Translations under genes and position numbers: made by a program
Shown: one piece after another, positions 23,857 to 35,227 of the stretch
How the letters are laid out: each line of letters opens with the position of its first letter
Position numbering within the stretch: the first letter of the stretch is position 1
From: Haliotis cracherodii
Taxonomy: Eukaryota
Length of the DNA stretch: 64,000 nucleotides
Direction of reading: 5' to 3'
Assembly: GCF_022045235.1 (NCBI RefSeq)
Contig: NW_027266264.1
Coordinates: forward strand, 11,966,001 to 12,030,000
Notes under the pieces: generated by a model
Told to the model about the DNA's origin: nothing
What the model saw: only the letters and a program-made list of their open reading frames with translations
The model's database searches: none

Positions 23857-24049
23857 ATGCTGGTGTGCAGGAAGTGAATTCCTCTTTGACATATTTAGGT
23901 ATAGGTATTGCTTGATGACTTTCTTAGAAGTCACAAGGAGCTACCTCCAAGAAATATTGAACTCTTAAAATGTTTGTCTACTTGCAGAGTGTATACAGTT
24001 GATTAATGTGGGGCAGTATGGCCAATCTATAAAGGAGTTGCCTCCCTTA

Positions 24050-24531
24050 GTCATGACAGGAACCAACGATCCTGGGTTTGAGTCCCACATTTTCCCAGAT
24101 TATGATCCTTGGTTTGTCAGTACCATACCTCTGCTCATCAGCATCATTGATGTTTTCAGTAGAAATAACTAAGCCCAGCACCACTTTGGATTTCCTGATT
24201 CGGGGGTAGAAACGGTATCCAGCAACCCATGTTTGCTGTAATAGGTGACTATGCTTGTTGTAAAAGGCGACTAACGGGATCGGGTGGTTAGGCTCGCTGA
24301 CTTGGTTAATACATGTCGTCGATCCCAATTGCGTGGATCGATACTCATGATACCAATCACTGGATTGTCTGGTCCAGACTCGATTATTTCCAGTCATATA
24401 GCTGGAATATTGGTGAGTGCGGCGTTAGACAACTAACCAACCAACCAACCAAGTTTGGATTTCCTCCCACGATAAGCTGACATGCAGTGATTAAACTTGA
24501 AAACTGTTATTAACAACCCAACTCACTCACT
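24050..24531 (+). mobile_element. SINE family C copy split by a family B insertion
   Basis: GATTATG...GGTTTGTCAG(C/T)ACCATACCT shared with ~10215-10250; resumes TTTCCTCCCAC after the insert. Confidence 0.65.
24197..24453 (+). mobile_element. SINE-like family B nested in a family C SINE
   Basis: 12-bp TSD TTTGGATTTCCT (24185-24196, 24454-24465). Confidence 0.9.
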
Positions 24532-25513
24532 TAAATTCCATTTCACAATAGAATTAGACAATTCCAGTCACAGATTACTCGGGAATCTTACATTATATAC
24601 AGCCCACAGAAATATGGACTAACATTTGCTGTGCGGAGTTGTCTCCCTTAGTTCGGCCATGTTATCTTGGTTGATCAACCCCCTTACATACCAGCTGTGT
24701 TTGTATTTTCATTCAAGAAAGTATTAATATTGTCAGGTCACTTGATGAGATAAGCATGTGACTCTAAAGCACAAGTAAATGCCTTGCTGTCATCATACGT
24801 AATGTGACCTGTTTTCCGTTGGACATTCAGGAGTTTATTTAGACTCAGGTTCACTGGCTTAATCCAACATTCCTTGCAACAGTGACATACAAAGTTCAGC
24901 ATGGATATCAAATTTTCCGTTTACATTGGTGTCTCAATGCATACCATGTCAGATGTGGCCTTGTTTCGTGGCACAAGTTGAATAAGCAGTTTTGACAGTC
25001 CCCAGTCGAGTATTATCTGAACTATGTAGTGATAATGCTGATTTCAGTAACAGCAGATGGGCTAATGTTTAGTGAGCCACATCATGTGACTACACATGCA
25101 TGAAACCACCAATTGTCCTCTTACTTGGCATTTCCTGTTTGTGATTTCAGGGAAGTTAGATCAGTCAAACAGTAGATTTTTGAGAAATGTGAAAACTATT
25201 ATTGGATCAAACTGCTATATAATTCCCCACCCAAACAAAAGGGGATATAGAAATGGCACCGTCTGCCCATCCCTCTTTTCATTTTCAATGCAGAAAGCGT
25301 AAATCTTTCAATATTTGTTCATGAAACTTTGTATACACATCAGGCATGCACTCACTTAGTGGTACCTTTTGCACGTAATTTTGCAAGTGAGATAGTAGGA
25401 TTTATGTATTTTGCTGTATGGTAGTAGTAAATCGTGCCAATCTACAACACTGACCAGACAAACCAGTGATTGATATTATAAGCAAAGTCCAACATCTTAA
25501 GGTTACGATGGGA

Positions 25514-25842
25514 CACAATTTCGACATAATAAGCGGCCAGGGCGCTCTCAAAAGAATATTAGAATATTATTTTGGTGAAAAAAACAATGTTGAAAGATAA
25601 ATTTCGTGGTTTATGCTGACAGCCTGAAATATTTATGTACGATAGATATATTTTTCCAGAATTAAATGCCCATAATCAAGGGTGCATATAACACACGAGT
25701 GCGTATTATACGCTAATAAATAAGACTTTTGTACTTTGATCAATCGGAAGGGGTGCTAATTGGGATTTTTCACTTGCCAATATCTTAGCAAATGTCGCGT
25801 TGGGCGCTTATTAGTGCGTGGCGCTTATTACGTCGATTATGG
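25514..25842. mobile_element. Tc1/mariner-type MITE
   Basis: GACATAATAAGCG / CGCTTATTACGTC inverted ends, TA at the right flank; reverse-complement homologue of 63768-64000. Confidence 0.8.
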
Positions 25843-25969
25843 TAGGTCAAGTCTGAATAACAGATCTGATCAGGTCACATGATTTGTTTACTCATGTTAT
25901 CAACCACTAGTCTGCCTGGCCAAGATTTTATTTATCATGTGATTGCCTGCATGTTGTAGTGAGTATTTC

Positions 25970-26184
25970 AGTGGTTCAAATCCTGGCTGCATCATACCAA
26001 AAGCAATGACTGGTCAGTTCAGAATCAGAAAACTGTCTGACTGGGGTATCCATGTTAAACTGCGGCATGGTATCTCAGAGGGCTAGCACTATAAAACCAG
26101 TATTGGTCCGGATTAGTGCACACACGCATGTACGTCACACCTCTGTGGACGTGTACTTACGACAAAATCAGCATTCACTCCCTC
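25970..26184 (+). mobile_element. SINE family D, degenerate copy
   Basis: CATGTTAAACTGCGGCATGGTATCTCAG...GCTAGCACTATAAA shared with ~18240-18285. Confidence 0.75.
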
Positions 26185-26194
26185 TGTTACTGAA

Positions 26195-26427
26195 GAAGAC
26201 CCGGGTTCGAATTGGCCTTTAGCAACCCATGCTTACAGTAAAAGGCAACTAACGGGATAGGCTGGTCAGGCTGACAGACTTGGTTGATGCATGTCATTGT
26301 ATCCCAATTGCGTGGCTCGATGCTCATGTCAATCACTGAGTTGTCTGGTCTAGAGTCGATTATTTACAGAAGTCCATCATATAGCTGGAAAGTTGCTGAG
26401 TGCTGCGTTAAACAACACACAAACAAA
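26195..26427 (+). mobile_element. SINE-like family B
   Basis: Same core; 10-bp TSD TGTTACTGAA (26185-26194, 26428-26437). Confidence 0.88.
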
Positions 26428-26469
26428 TGTTACTGAACAGAGCATTATACTGGAGTTACAAAACACAGA

Positions 26470-29400
26470 GGGAAGGATGACAATACACCAGACTTTATTC
26501 CTCACGAACACATGACATTCATGAAATGATCCGATGCTACAGACAGGAAATAATCTGTACATCTACAACGGGGACTACAAAATAAGAAGAATCAATGGCT
26601 GCTGTAGGTGCAACAGAAAGAGGGTCCTCCCTGCCGCCTCCCACCACACGCGCGGGGACCGGAGGGAGGACCCTTGTCCTGCCAGGTAGTTCAGTTAACA
26701 CAGTCGGAGCAAGAACATATGTACTGTCATTACAATCAAAACTGCAGATATGATGAACGTAGCAATAACACTATGTGAGAGGCTCACCTAGGGTGACTAC
26801 GAATGGCCCCCTTGGACAGGGCTGGTGGCGCAAGATGGCGCTGTGGTTTCCTGGCGTCTCAAACCAACCAGCTCTGACGCAAAGGAGCCAGGAGTACAGA
26901 TGTAGTCAGGTCATTCTCCAATCGCACACAATTAACACATAATCCAAATACAGTAATCATATGAGATCAACAGCCCATTCCAGCCAACAAGCCTCGTAGT
27001 ATTATCACCATGTACAAGAATAAGATACCCGTTTAGTTTCCAAGATGGCGTCCAGGGTGGCCCAAGAGCATGCTTACAATATCCACAGAGAAAGCTGGTC
27101 GCTCTCATTTAGCTACAGCAGGAAGATGTGTGAGTTTGTTACTTAATGTGCAGTGAGAAGATACAATACCTATCAAAATAGGGATGAAGTATAACAAAGC
27201 AATATCTTTGTAATCTGTTGAAGCAAATCACCGGTGTCAACTTGATCACAATATGCTACTGAATGTATTACTGATGACAGTTTGGAATGGTTGGTTGCCC
27301 TTCAACAATACTTTCTCCAAAGGAATTAAGGAATGTTTGACGACTCTCCAATCTGTTAATTGTAAGATGAAATAGCTGGGAAAATTGACAAGAGTTTATA
27401 TGCTACAATGCAGAGATCTAACAAGATGGCACTTTCATGACTTGACTCTGGTTGGTTCTCTACCTCATTAACCATTTGGCACTCTGAGAAATGAAGTTAT
27501 TTTCCTTCCATGCTTGCTTTGTCTGAGTTTTGTTGACTTCAAAGTAAGTAGAACATGCTACAATGGCACCAACATGAGGGCCACACTGTATACATCCCAG
27601 ATCCGGTGTGTACACAGGGTGCACCCTCAATGTCGAACCGTTTCAACTCAACATTGTTTCATCACTGGCGACCCTGGACCCCATCTCTGAAGCTTGTTGG
27701 GAGGAAATAAGCTCAAATATTATCAGAATACTGTTATTTATGAACTTGAAACATACAATATGTGAAAACAATGGCAATTGTATATATAATATGTATATAT
27801 ATTTATACGTATATATGGGATGTAAATTTTTACATATAGTTTTGAGGCAAGGTTGAAATCCACTGTTAGAATGTTGCATATGTGATGAGAAAGAAAATAT
27901 GCCTTTGAAAGTTTAACAAAATTCTTGCAGCCAGTAAAGTGGGACATGTTCTCATATGCCAATGTTTCGAAATGGTCTGGATTTCTGCTCAATAGAGATT
28001 TAACTTGTTCAATGCCCAATACAAAAATCTTCAAAAGTTGCAGAAAAATACATGGATAAAAAGAGGAGAGGACTCAGTCATGAGGCAATAAACAGTGGTT
28101 AAACATCCATCATAGCTCACTGAGAGAGTTATCTCCCTTTAGAAATAAAACAGGGGCAGGCAGGTGGAGTGAAAGCAGATTAAGGGTTCAAAGACAGATT
28201 GGTGCATTGCATATATTTTATCACCCAAATGCACTTGCAACAACAAGGACAAAACTGGCTTGATAATTGCTTTAAAATACATACAGTGAAATGCCTAGGC
28301 ATGATTAGAAAGTAATTCATAAATTAATTAAGCTACAAATATACAATAATTATTCAACAGAAATCAGCAATAATCATTAGCTACAGTTATAAGATTGTGT
28401 CCGAGTGCTAACAGTATGATACATGTACAACAAACCGCACAGTGTGCTGGACTGGCCTTTGGTAAACAATGGACAAACTGCCCACAAATAGTTCATAATT
28501 CCCCACTAATATCCACAAACAGCTACAGCGTGAACCATCATTAGGTAAAACGTGTTTCCTCCAATCAAACTTACATGTTCATCTGAGCATGCCTATGACA
28601 TAATCATCTATTATTCAATTTAATTGTCCCACCAGTCTTTGAAATACCTGAAAATGCCATACACAGTTCAGCTGAATATGCAACATTACGACAGGCTCGA
28701 GAGCCCCATTACAGAACCTGTGAAAACGTACACAGAACAAAGGGTGTTATAATACTTGTCAGGGTCCCCAAACTCATTGATACAGGGGAATAGTATATTT
28801 CTCTGCCCCCAGATTTGAACAGATATTGAGCTATCAGAGGAAACATCATAAGAGTAATACTGAAGGGAAACGGCAGTTATCTCCCTTTGAATGAGTAACA
28901 TGAGCGAGACATATGGCAACAGTGAGAAAAATACCATGAGATATTAACAGGGGTGAAGGTTATTTATGCAAAACAGACTGTTGGTGAACCAACATGAGGT
29001 AGACGCTTAGTGAAACACTTGGAGAGAAAGGTGTATACAAGTATAACTTACTCTTGCAGAATATAACCAGACTGGCTGATCTCCATAACAACAAAATAAA
29101 TAGGATATATGTGTAGATATGATACATTCGATGAGGAAATCTGAGTGTTTCTAAATGATGCAAACCCAACTACCTTCTCATCATATTAACCAGTGTTGGA
29201 TGTGGTCCTCCGACCCAAGGTTTGACAGAAGCATATTTTGCAGTCGTTGAGAGTGGTAGGGTTGCCTTGGTAATGAGCTCTGGATGAAGTTATGTTTAAT
29301 ATCCCCTGAGTAGAAAATCGTAACAAGATGAAAGGTGATGAAGATGGCTTTGGAGTGTTTCAAATTCCTTCCATGAATGTACACCAATACACAACATATG

Positions 29401-31174
29401 TTTCATGACAAGAGGCTGAATGAACATGAACACCAAATCAAATATTTCACTTCCTTCTAAATGAATACCTAATCAAATAGTTACTAGCTGAAGATTTAGA
29501 ATTTGGACCGTTTCTCCCTCCATTCAGCCTCTCACTATCTGGTTGCAATTCCTCGTACAAGCATAATACATCTTATGCTAAAGGGAAAGGAAGAGGTGCG
29601 TAGGGGGAGACAATCAGCACAATACAACAGAAAAGATTAAAGCTTGAGAAATCAACAAATTATTGTAAGTCAATTGAGACGTGCACAAAGTGCTGAATCA
29701 TTGCATATTATCATCTCGGATTTGAACAACATTTTCAAATCTGGTAGACAGTGGCTATACAGTAAGCATCTACAAGTAATGACAAATTAATTAATAATGA
29801 ATTATGAGCACCGAGGAGAGGAATCATAAATTATAGTAACACTCATTATACCTATTCGGTATAAAGTCATAACAATTAGCTGACCAGGCAAGCTAAAAAT
29901 CAACATAAATTAAATGGCTAAACTACGACTACACATGCTAAAAGCCAAGTTATATGCAGCAGATAGGGTAACAAATGGCTCTCATCACTCTGTGTTGAGC
30001 TGTTCACTTCATCTGTTGTTCTCTACACCTTGCGAAATGGTAAGGCTACGTTTCCTATCTCCCAACTAAGTCCTGTGACTGATAACATATCTTTGGTCAG
30101 GATGTGTACTCCCGTGCCCGAATCATGCCTTCCCCATTTCACAGAGCATACAAAGGACAGCTATGCAGCACTAATTGGTGTAATTCATCTCCAAAACAAT
30201 ACTGATGTTAAAATGAAAATCATGTGTTTTCAACCTGAGCTTAACAATAAAAATCATGATTCCTTATGCATCAACCTGTGCATACAACACAAAGAACTCT
30301 ATGGGACTCCCATCAATAGTTTCGGCATGCAGCGCAGCTAAAGCTTGACTCTGCTACAATGTTACAGTGACTGGACCACAAGCTATATGTTCTCTCCCTG
30401 CAGGGAGCTAAGTTGACAACGGCTGTACCACAGGTTCCTGAAACCAGGAAGGACTAGGAGCACCTCAGTATTATAGTCCATGGACGCCAACTTGTGTACA
30501 TCTGTCCGAAGTGCCGGCCAACATGGGAAGATCATGAGGTAGTTAGATGACCTCTCAAGGTCACATCAGGGAGTCAACATGTGCCAAGCAGAAGATGAAC
30601 ATCCATCCGATGAGGCACGTGATAAAGTCCATACATTTTCCTTTCAGCCTCTTATGCCCACAGGGAACGCTGCTTTCTTGCACAGTTCAGGTTGTGTCTG
30701 TTATGGCTCTGCTACGTTTGTAACCAATTACATCACCAATGACACAGTGAATGTTCAGAGTGTGGCAAAATGATTGGAAAAAACAACTTGTTCAACAACA
30801 GTGAAACTAACATACCAACATCTGTGAACTGATTCAGATGGTCTTGGTGGACTAGTTAAATGGCATATCCTGCGCATAGTGCCCATATTTACATATATAT
30901 TATATCTAACATAATCTTTATACAGGATTAAATAACCTAGAATCTTAACAGATACAATCAAAACATGAAATAATGGTGAAACTGTGGAGTAACTGCAAGA
31001 ATCTGAATCACATGGTCAATGGTGCATACCAAATCTACATCGACTACCAAGACATTCTCGGCAGCCTTATCACTGTTACAAGTCCATTGCAGAATCACAG
31101 GATGAACATGGCGTGTCCAAGCATATTATGACAGACATACTATAAGCAAGCCATAACAGACAGTGCTTGACAGT
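26470..31174 (-). other. hb: Probable ~4.7 kb 3'UTR of hunchback
   Basis: The first canonical AATAAA I found on the minus strand after the stop is at 26499-26494; interval lacks recognisable TEs and has many miRNA seed matches; the end is inferred. Confidence 0.6.
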
Positions 31175-33358
31175 TTAGTTGTGTGCAGCTCTTGCGATGT
31201 GGAGGAAGAACTCCACCTTGTCCTTACTGCAGTGACCGCACATGTTGCACTTGTAAGGATCTTGGTAACCATGGTAACCCATGTGCATGGTGTACATGAC
31301 ACAGTCCCGGAATGCTATCTCACAGTAGTGACACTCAAAACTGTCAGCACCACGGAAGGGCTTCGTCTTGCTGTGGTTGAGAGCATTTAGGGACAGTTCG
31401 CTTGGAAGAGTGAGGGACTTGTCTGTCCTCAGTGGATGCAGTCCATTGGGGGGATTCTCTAACACAATTTCCCCATTCTGCACTGGGGCACCATCTGGTC
31501 CAGAGTCCTGCAGGATCTTCCATGCCAGTTCAGCTCCACGTCTCAGTGCAGATGTCATTGGTGGCTTCTGATGCCTCATGTACTCTGAAATCATGCGGGG
31601 CTTGCCTTCGTAATCTTTGGGCATATCGGCTTTGTTCATACCATTGTCAGGGCTTGGAGTCTCTCTTTGATCATTATTCTCAAAATTACTGTGACTGTCT
31701 CCATTGGGACTCTGGGGTTCTGGTTTTATGCCACTGTTAAGTATTTTCAAATTTTCGTGAATTTGTTCAAAGTCATTTTTATGTGTGACAGGGCTGGATG
31801 TAAGACCGTTTGCCATGTCTTCATCACCTTTGTGTGGAGGTGAAAATTTTCCTCTTTCAACCTTAAGCGAGCCTGGGCTTTCTCCTCTTCCATTTGGGCT
31901 ACCTTCAACTGACTGTGTTCTGGTTTCAGTAACATATTCTTGTGGAGGAACTTCACTGCTAGATTCTTCACTTTCACTATCATAGGGAGAACCAGATTGC
32001 TTCTCTTGGAGTTTGAGACACAAAGTGTCTAACTTGTATGCCTTGCCCTTGCGAGATCTCTTCCTAGGACTAGGTACTGCATTTTCTGTGGAGTCATTAC
32101 TTGAAGGGACATCAACTTCTTGGAATGGTCTCTTGATTGGCATCAGAGGTGTGTCATGAGGGAGAATATGATGCATACCACTCAAAGGTGAGTAGGCTGG
32201 TGGGGAGACTGATTTTGGTTTTGTGAGATCGAGTGGGGACTCTTTGCGTATCCTTGGAGTTACAGCACTACCACCACCACCAAACTTCAAGGTCATCTGT
32301 TTAAGAATGTCAGCACCTTCTACAGGCTCTTGAGGAGAAGTAGGATCCTGTCCATTTCTGGAGGAATATGCCAACTCAGGAAGGCTGCGACTGGTGTTTG
32401 GTTGATGTGGGTGACCGCCTAGCTGGTTAGCAGGCCATGAATGAGGACTGGTTTTGCTGGGGGTACTGCCTTGGTCAGTTTGGACATGGAGCATGGTATT
32501 GTGCCTTGATGTAGGAGTGACTACTCTGTCTGGTTTTGTCAAAGACCGTTGGCGAGCAAGGTGAGCTTTGAGATTTTGTTCATCCAACAGAGCTTCTGAA
32601 GAAATCCCAAACATGCTGAAGAGGTCCTGGTTTTCTCCAGCAGCATGAACCTTCAACACATGGGCATGGAGACCTTCTGGTGAATCTGCCTTGAAACTGC
32701 ACAAATTGCACTTTGTAGAGCCAGGCTCACCTTTGCTGTATTTTCCAGGGGATGATGATTGTGGTGACTGTGGAGGCCTCATCTGCCCAGGCATGTTGTT
32801 GACAGGTATGAGAGGTGGGGGTGGTTGCATACCATTCAGCAGAGGCCAGTAGGGAGCCATGAGGCCACTGTTCAACCCTGGATGCATGCCTGGCATGGAG
32901 GACTGAGGTAGGTGGAATAGAGGACTCATGAACTGGTCCATCTTGTCCTTTCTAGGACCTCGTGGTCCTCTTGGTGGGCCTCTCTTTGCCAGAAGTGATA
33001 AACCAGAGGTTTCTGGTTCCAGGCCTTGAGGCAAGCTCCCATCTGCATTTAATACTGCTGCAGGCTTGTGGTTATACTTCTTCAGGTGGAGTTTGAGACT
33101 ATGGCAATACTTAGTGGCGTAGGTGCAGTCTGCACAACGATACTGATACACATTGGTATGGGATTTCATGTGGCTGTTGAGCATGGATTTGTTGACACAT
33201 GAATAATTACATTTGTTGCACTTGAATGGCTTGGAGCCGAAATGATTACGAAGATGATATTCCAGATGATGTTTGTACTCTGTGACAAACGGACATCGTG
33301 GGCACTGGAGCAGCTTCTCCTCCTTGATGTGGCTGCGGGAGTGTTGCCAGAAGTCCAC
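31175..33358 (-). CDS. hb: hunchback, last coding exon
   Basis: [12 protein letters not shown]...[49 protein letters not shown]...[23 protein letters not shown] is the diagnostic hunchback finger block; basic box [12 protein letters not shown]; two C-terminal fingers; TAA at 31177-31175. Confidence 0.97.
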   Translation of the reverse strand: MDFWQHSRSHIKEEKLLQCPRCPFVTEYKHHLEYHLRNHFGSKPFKCNKCNYSCVNKSMLNSHMKSHTNVYQYRCADCTYATKYCHSLKLHLKKYNHKPAAVLNADGSLPQGLEPETSGLSLLAKRGPPRGPRGPRKDKMDQFMSPLFHLPQSSMPGMHPGLNSGLMAPYWPLLNGMQPPPPLIPVNNMPGQMRPPQSPQSSSPGKYSKGEPGSTKCNLCSFKADSPEGLHAHVLKVHAAGENQDLFSMFGISSEALLDEQNLKAHLARQRSLTKPDRVVTPTSRHNTMLHVQTDQGSTPSKTSPHSWPANQLGGHPHQPNTSRSLPELAYSSRNGQDPTSPQEPVEGADILKQMTLKFGGGGSAVTPRIRKESPLDLTKPKSVSPPAYSPLSGMHHILPHDTPLMPIKRPFQEVDVPSSNDSTENAVPSPRKRSRKGKAYKLDTLCLKLQEKQSGSPYDSESEESSSEVPPQEYVTETRTQSVEGSPNGRGESPGSLKVERGKFSPPHKGDEDMANGLTSSPVTHKNDFEQIHENLKILNSGIKPEPQSPNGDSHSNFENNDQRETPSPDNGMNKADMPKDYEGKPRMISEYMRHQKPPMTSALRRGAELAWKILQDSGPDGAPVQNGEIVLENPPNGLHPLRTDKSLTLPSELSLNALNHSKTKPFRGADSFECHYCEIAFRDCVMYTMHMGYHGYQDPYKCNMCGHCSKDKVEFFLHIARAAHN

Positions 33359-33604
33359 CTGAAAATACAACACACACATATATTTATTACAAAACAGACA
33401 CAGTGTCTCTTCACCTGGATTTAGAAGTATTTGCAAAATAATATATAACAAAACATTCCAAGTAATATATGAATAAATAAGTATCCTCAGTGTTAAATAA
33501 AGATGGTACCTCTGTCTTAAAACAAGATCAAACATCTGTGAGCCCGTTTTAATGACAACATCATTGGGATCATAATTTAAATATATACTAGTTTCAGAAG
33601 AGAA

Positions 33605-33759
33605 AGAGTGCAGTGGGGTAGCCTAGTGGATAAACGTTTGCCCATGTCGCCAAAGACCTGTGTTTCGATTCTCCACATGGGTACCATGTCCGGTGTTCCC
33701 CAATGTGAAATTGCTGGAATATTGCTAAAAGCAGCATAAGACCAAACTGACTCACTCAC
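33605..33759 (+). mobile_element. SINE family A in an hb intron
   Basis: A/B boxes, (CTCA)n tail, 11-bp TSD TCAGAAGAGAA (33594-33604, 33760-33770). Confidence 0.9.
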
Positions 33760-34087
33760 TCAGAAGAGAAGGCAACAATGTTGCATAAATGGAAGGGTAA
33801 TAAATAAAATTACATAGGTGACGGTAAAAGGATGAGCCTGGTAATGCCTTGGTTAACCGTTTGTTTCAGTTTCTGCTTAGCAAAACACTGAATGGTAGAA
33901 AAAGATATTTTTAATGACACCATTGATATTAAACAATTTTGAAAATCATCTGTCCGATCTTAAGAAAACAATTCAACTGAGATAATTAGAGAATTTTTTT
34001 AAAGAAATATCAACTTTCACTTTTCGAAATATATCTTATAACCACTTTGACATTTCAACTGACATTGCATCTGGTGAGAGAACATAC

Positions 34088-34311
34088 CTTAGTAGTAGAA
34101 GCAAAGCTGCACTGCTTGCACCGATACACTTTAGGTCTGCCAGGCTGCATCCTCTGCATCTTAGCAGTTCCAAAGCCGTCTGAATCACTGGAGTGGAAGT
34201 CTTTGATATGTCGCTTGAGTCTCCCCTCAGTTCGAGAAGTGTAGTCACAGTGTGGGCAACTGTACTCAAAGTGAATGCTCATGTGAGCATCAAAGTCATC
34301 TTTGCATTTTG
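34088..34311 (-). CDS. hb: hunchback, middle coding exon
   Basis: ttccag|; (A)KCKDDFDAHMSIHFEYSCPHCDYTSRTEGRLKRHIKDFH...PKVYRCKQCSFASTTK; donor gtatgt; phases 1/0 fit the neighbours. Confidence 0.94.
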
Positions 34312-35227
34312 CTGGAAAAAGGAAAAGCGACAATGAAGATTTCACATACTTTTGAGGCGAATAATTAATGCCGGAAAATAAACTCCCTGTAAAATTCATA
34401 TGAACTAAATCACCTCCAATCTGTTCTTTGTAACATATTTCTTGTCATGTTAAGACTGGTTGCCCGAAGTGAATTAATCTCCCTTAACATGCTACCACAC
34501 AAGCTGTCTAAACTGTACTAGACATGAAAAGACAAACATATTAAGTAATGCTGTCAGTGACACCAACACCTAGACAATCATGGATGTAATCTTCTCTGCT
34601 GACTTAATGCAAGGGGCTGCTCCATCCGAACTGGAGGACACCTTATTGATTAATGTGTGCAGCTTATGCTTACAAACCACGTCAAGGCCATACTTCTAAC
34701 ACTCCACAGTCACAAAACATGCTAATAACCATCACATTTTCATAACTCGATGTGAAATTGGATCTACATTCTGTCTAAATCGAAGAAAAAAGTAGATCAG
34801 TTTTATAAGGAAAAGTCATGACATTATCCTTCTTTGAAAAGAATCAATAAGATGTACAGTAATTCTTAACACAATATTTACACATTAAGCTATGATTTTG
34901 AAACGGGTTATTACAACCTCAAAAGATTTCCAAGATATTTTATTACCTGCTGTCATGACATTTTCAGTAGGACTGGGTATTTAGGAAGGATTCTTAATCT
35001 TACACAGTGACCACTAATATCTATAGGGAAACATTCCAGCTGTAAATTAGTTCCTTAATGCCTCAACAATTCAAATAAAAAAAGGAAATAATAAGAAAAA
35101 CAATAAGACCCAGTGTCCATATGCTCTGCCTTTAAGTTTTAATAATAGCATAACAATTAAACCTAAGAATTTGAAACTAAGCTGTGATATCAAACATATT
35201 TAACAGATGACTGTGTATTTCCCTCAC

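Noticed and set aside
27460-27469. CTACCTCA let-7 site on the plus strand
   Set aside because: Wrong strand for the hb mRNA
33359-33535. Hydrophobic N-terminus of the 786-aa ORF
   Set aside because: Intronic read-through upstream of the acceptor at 33359
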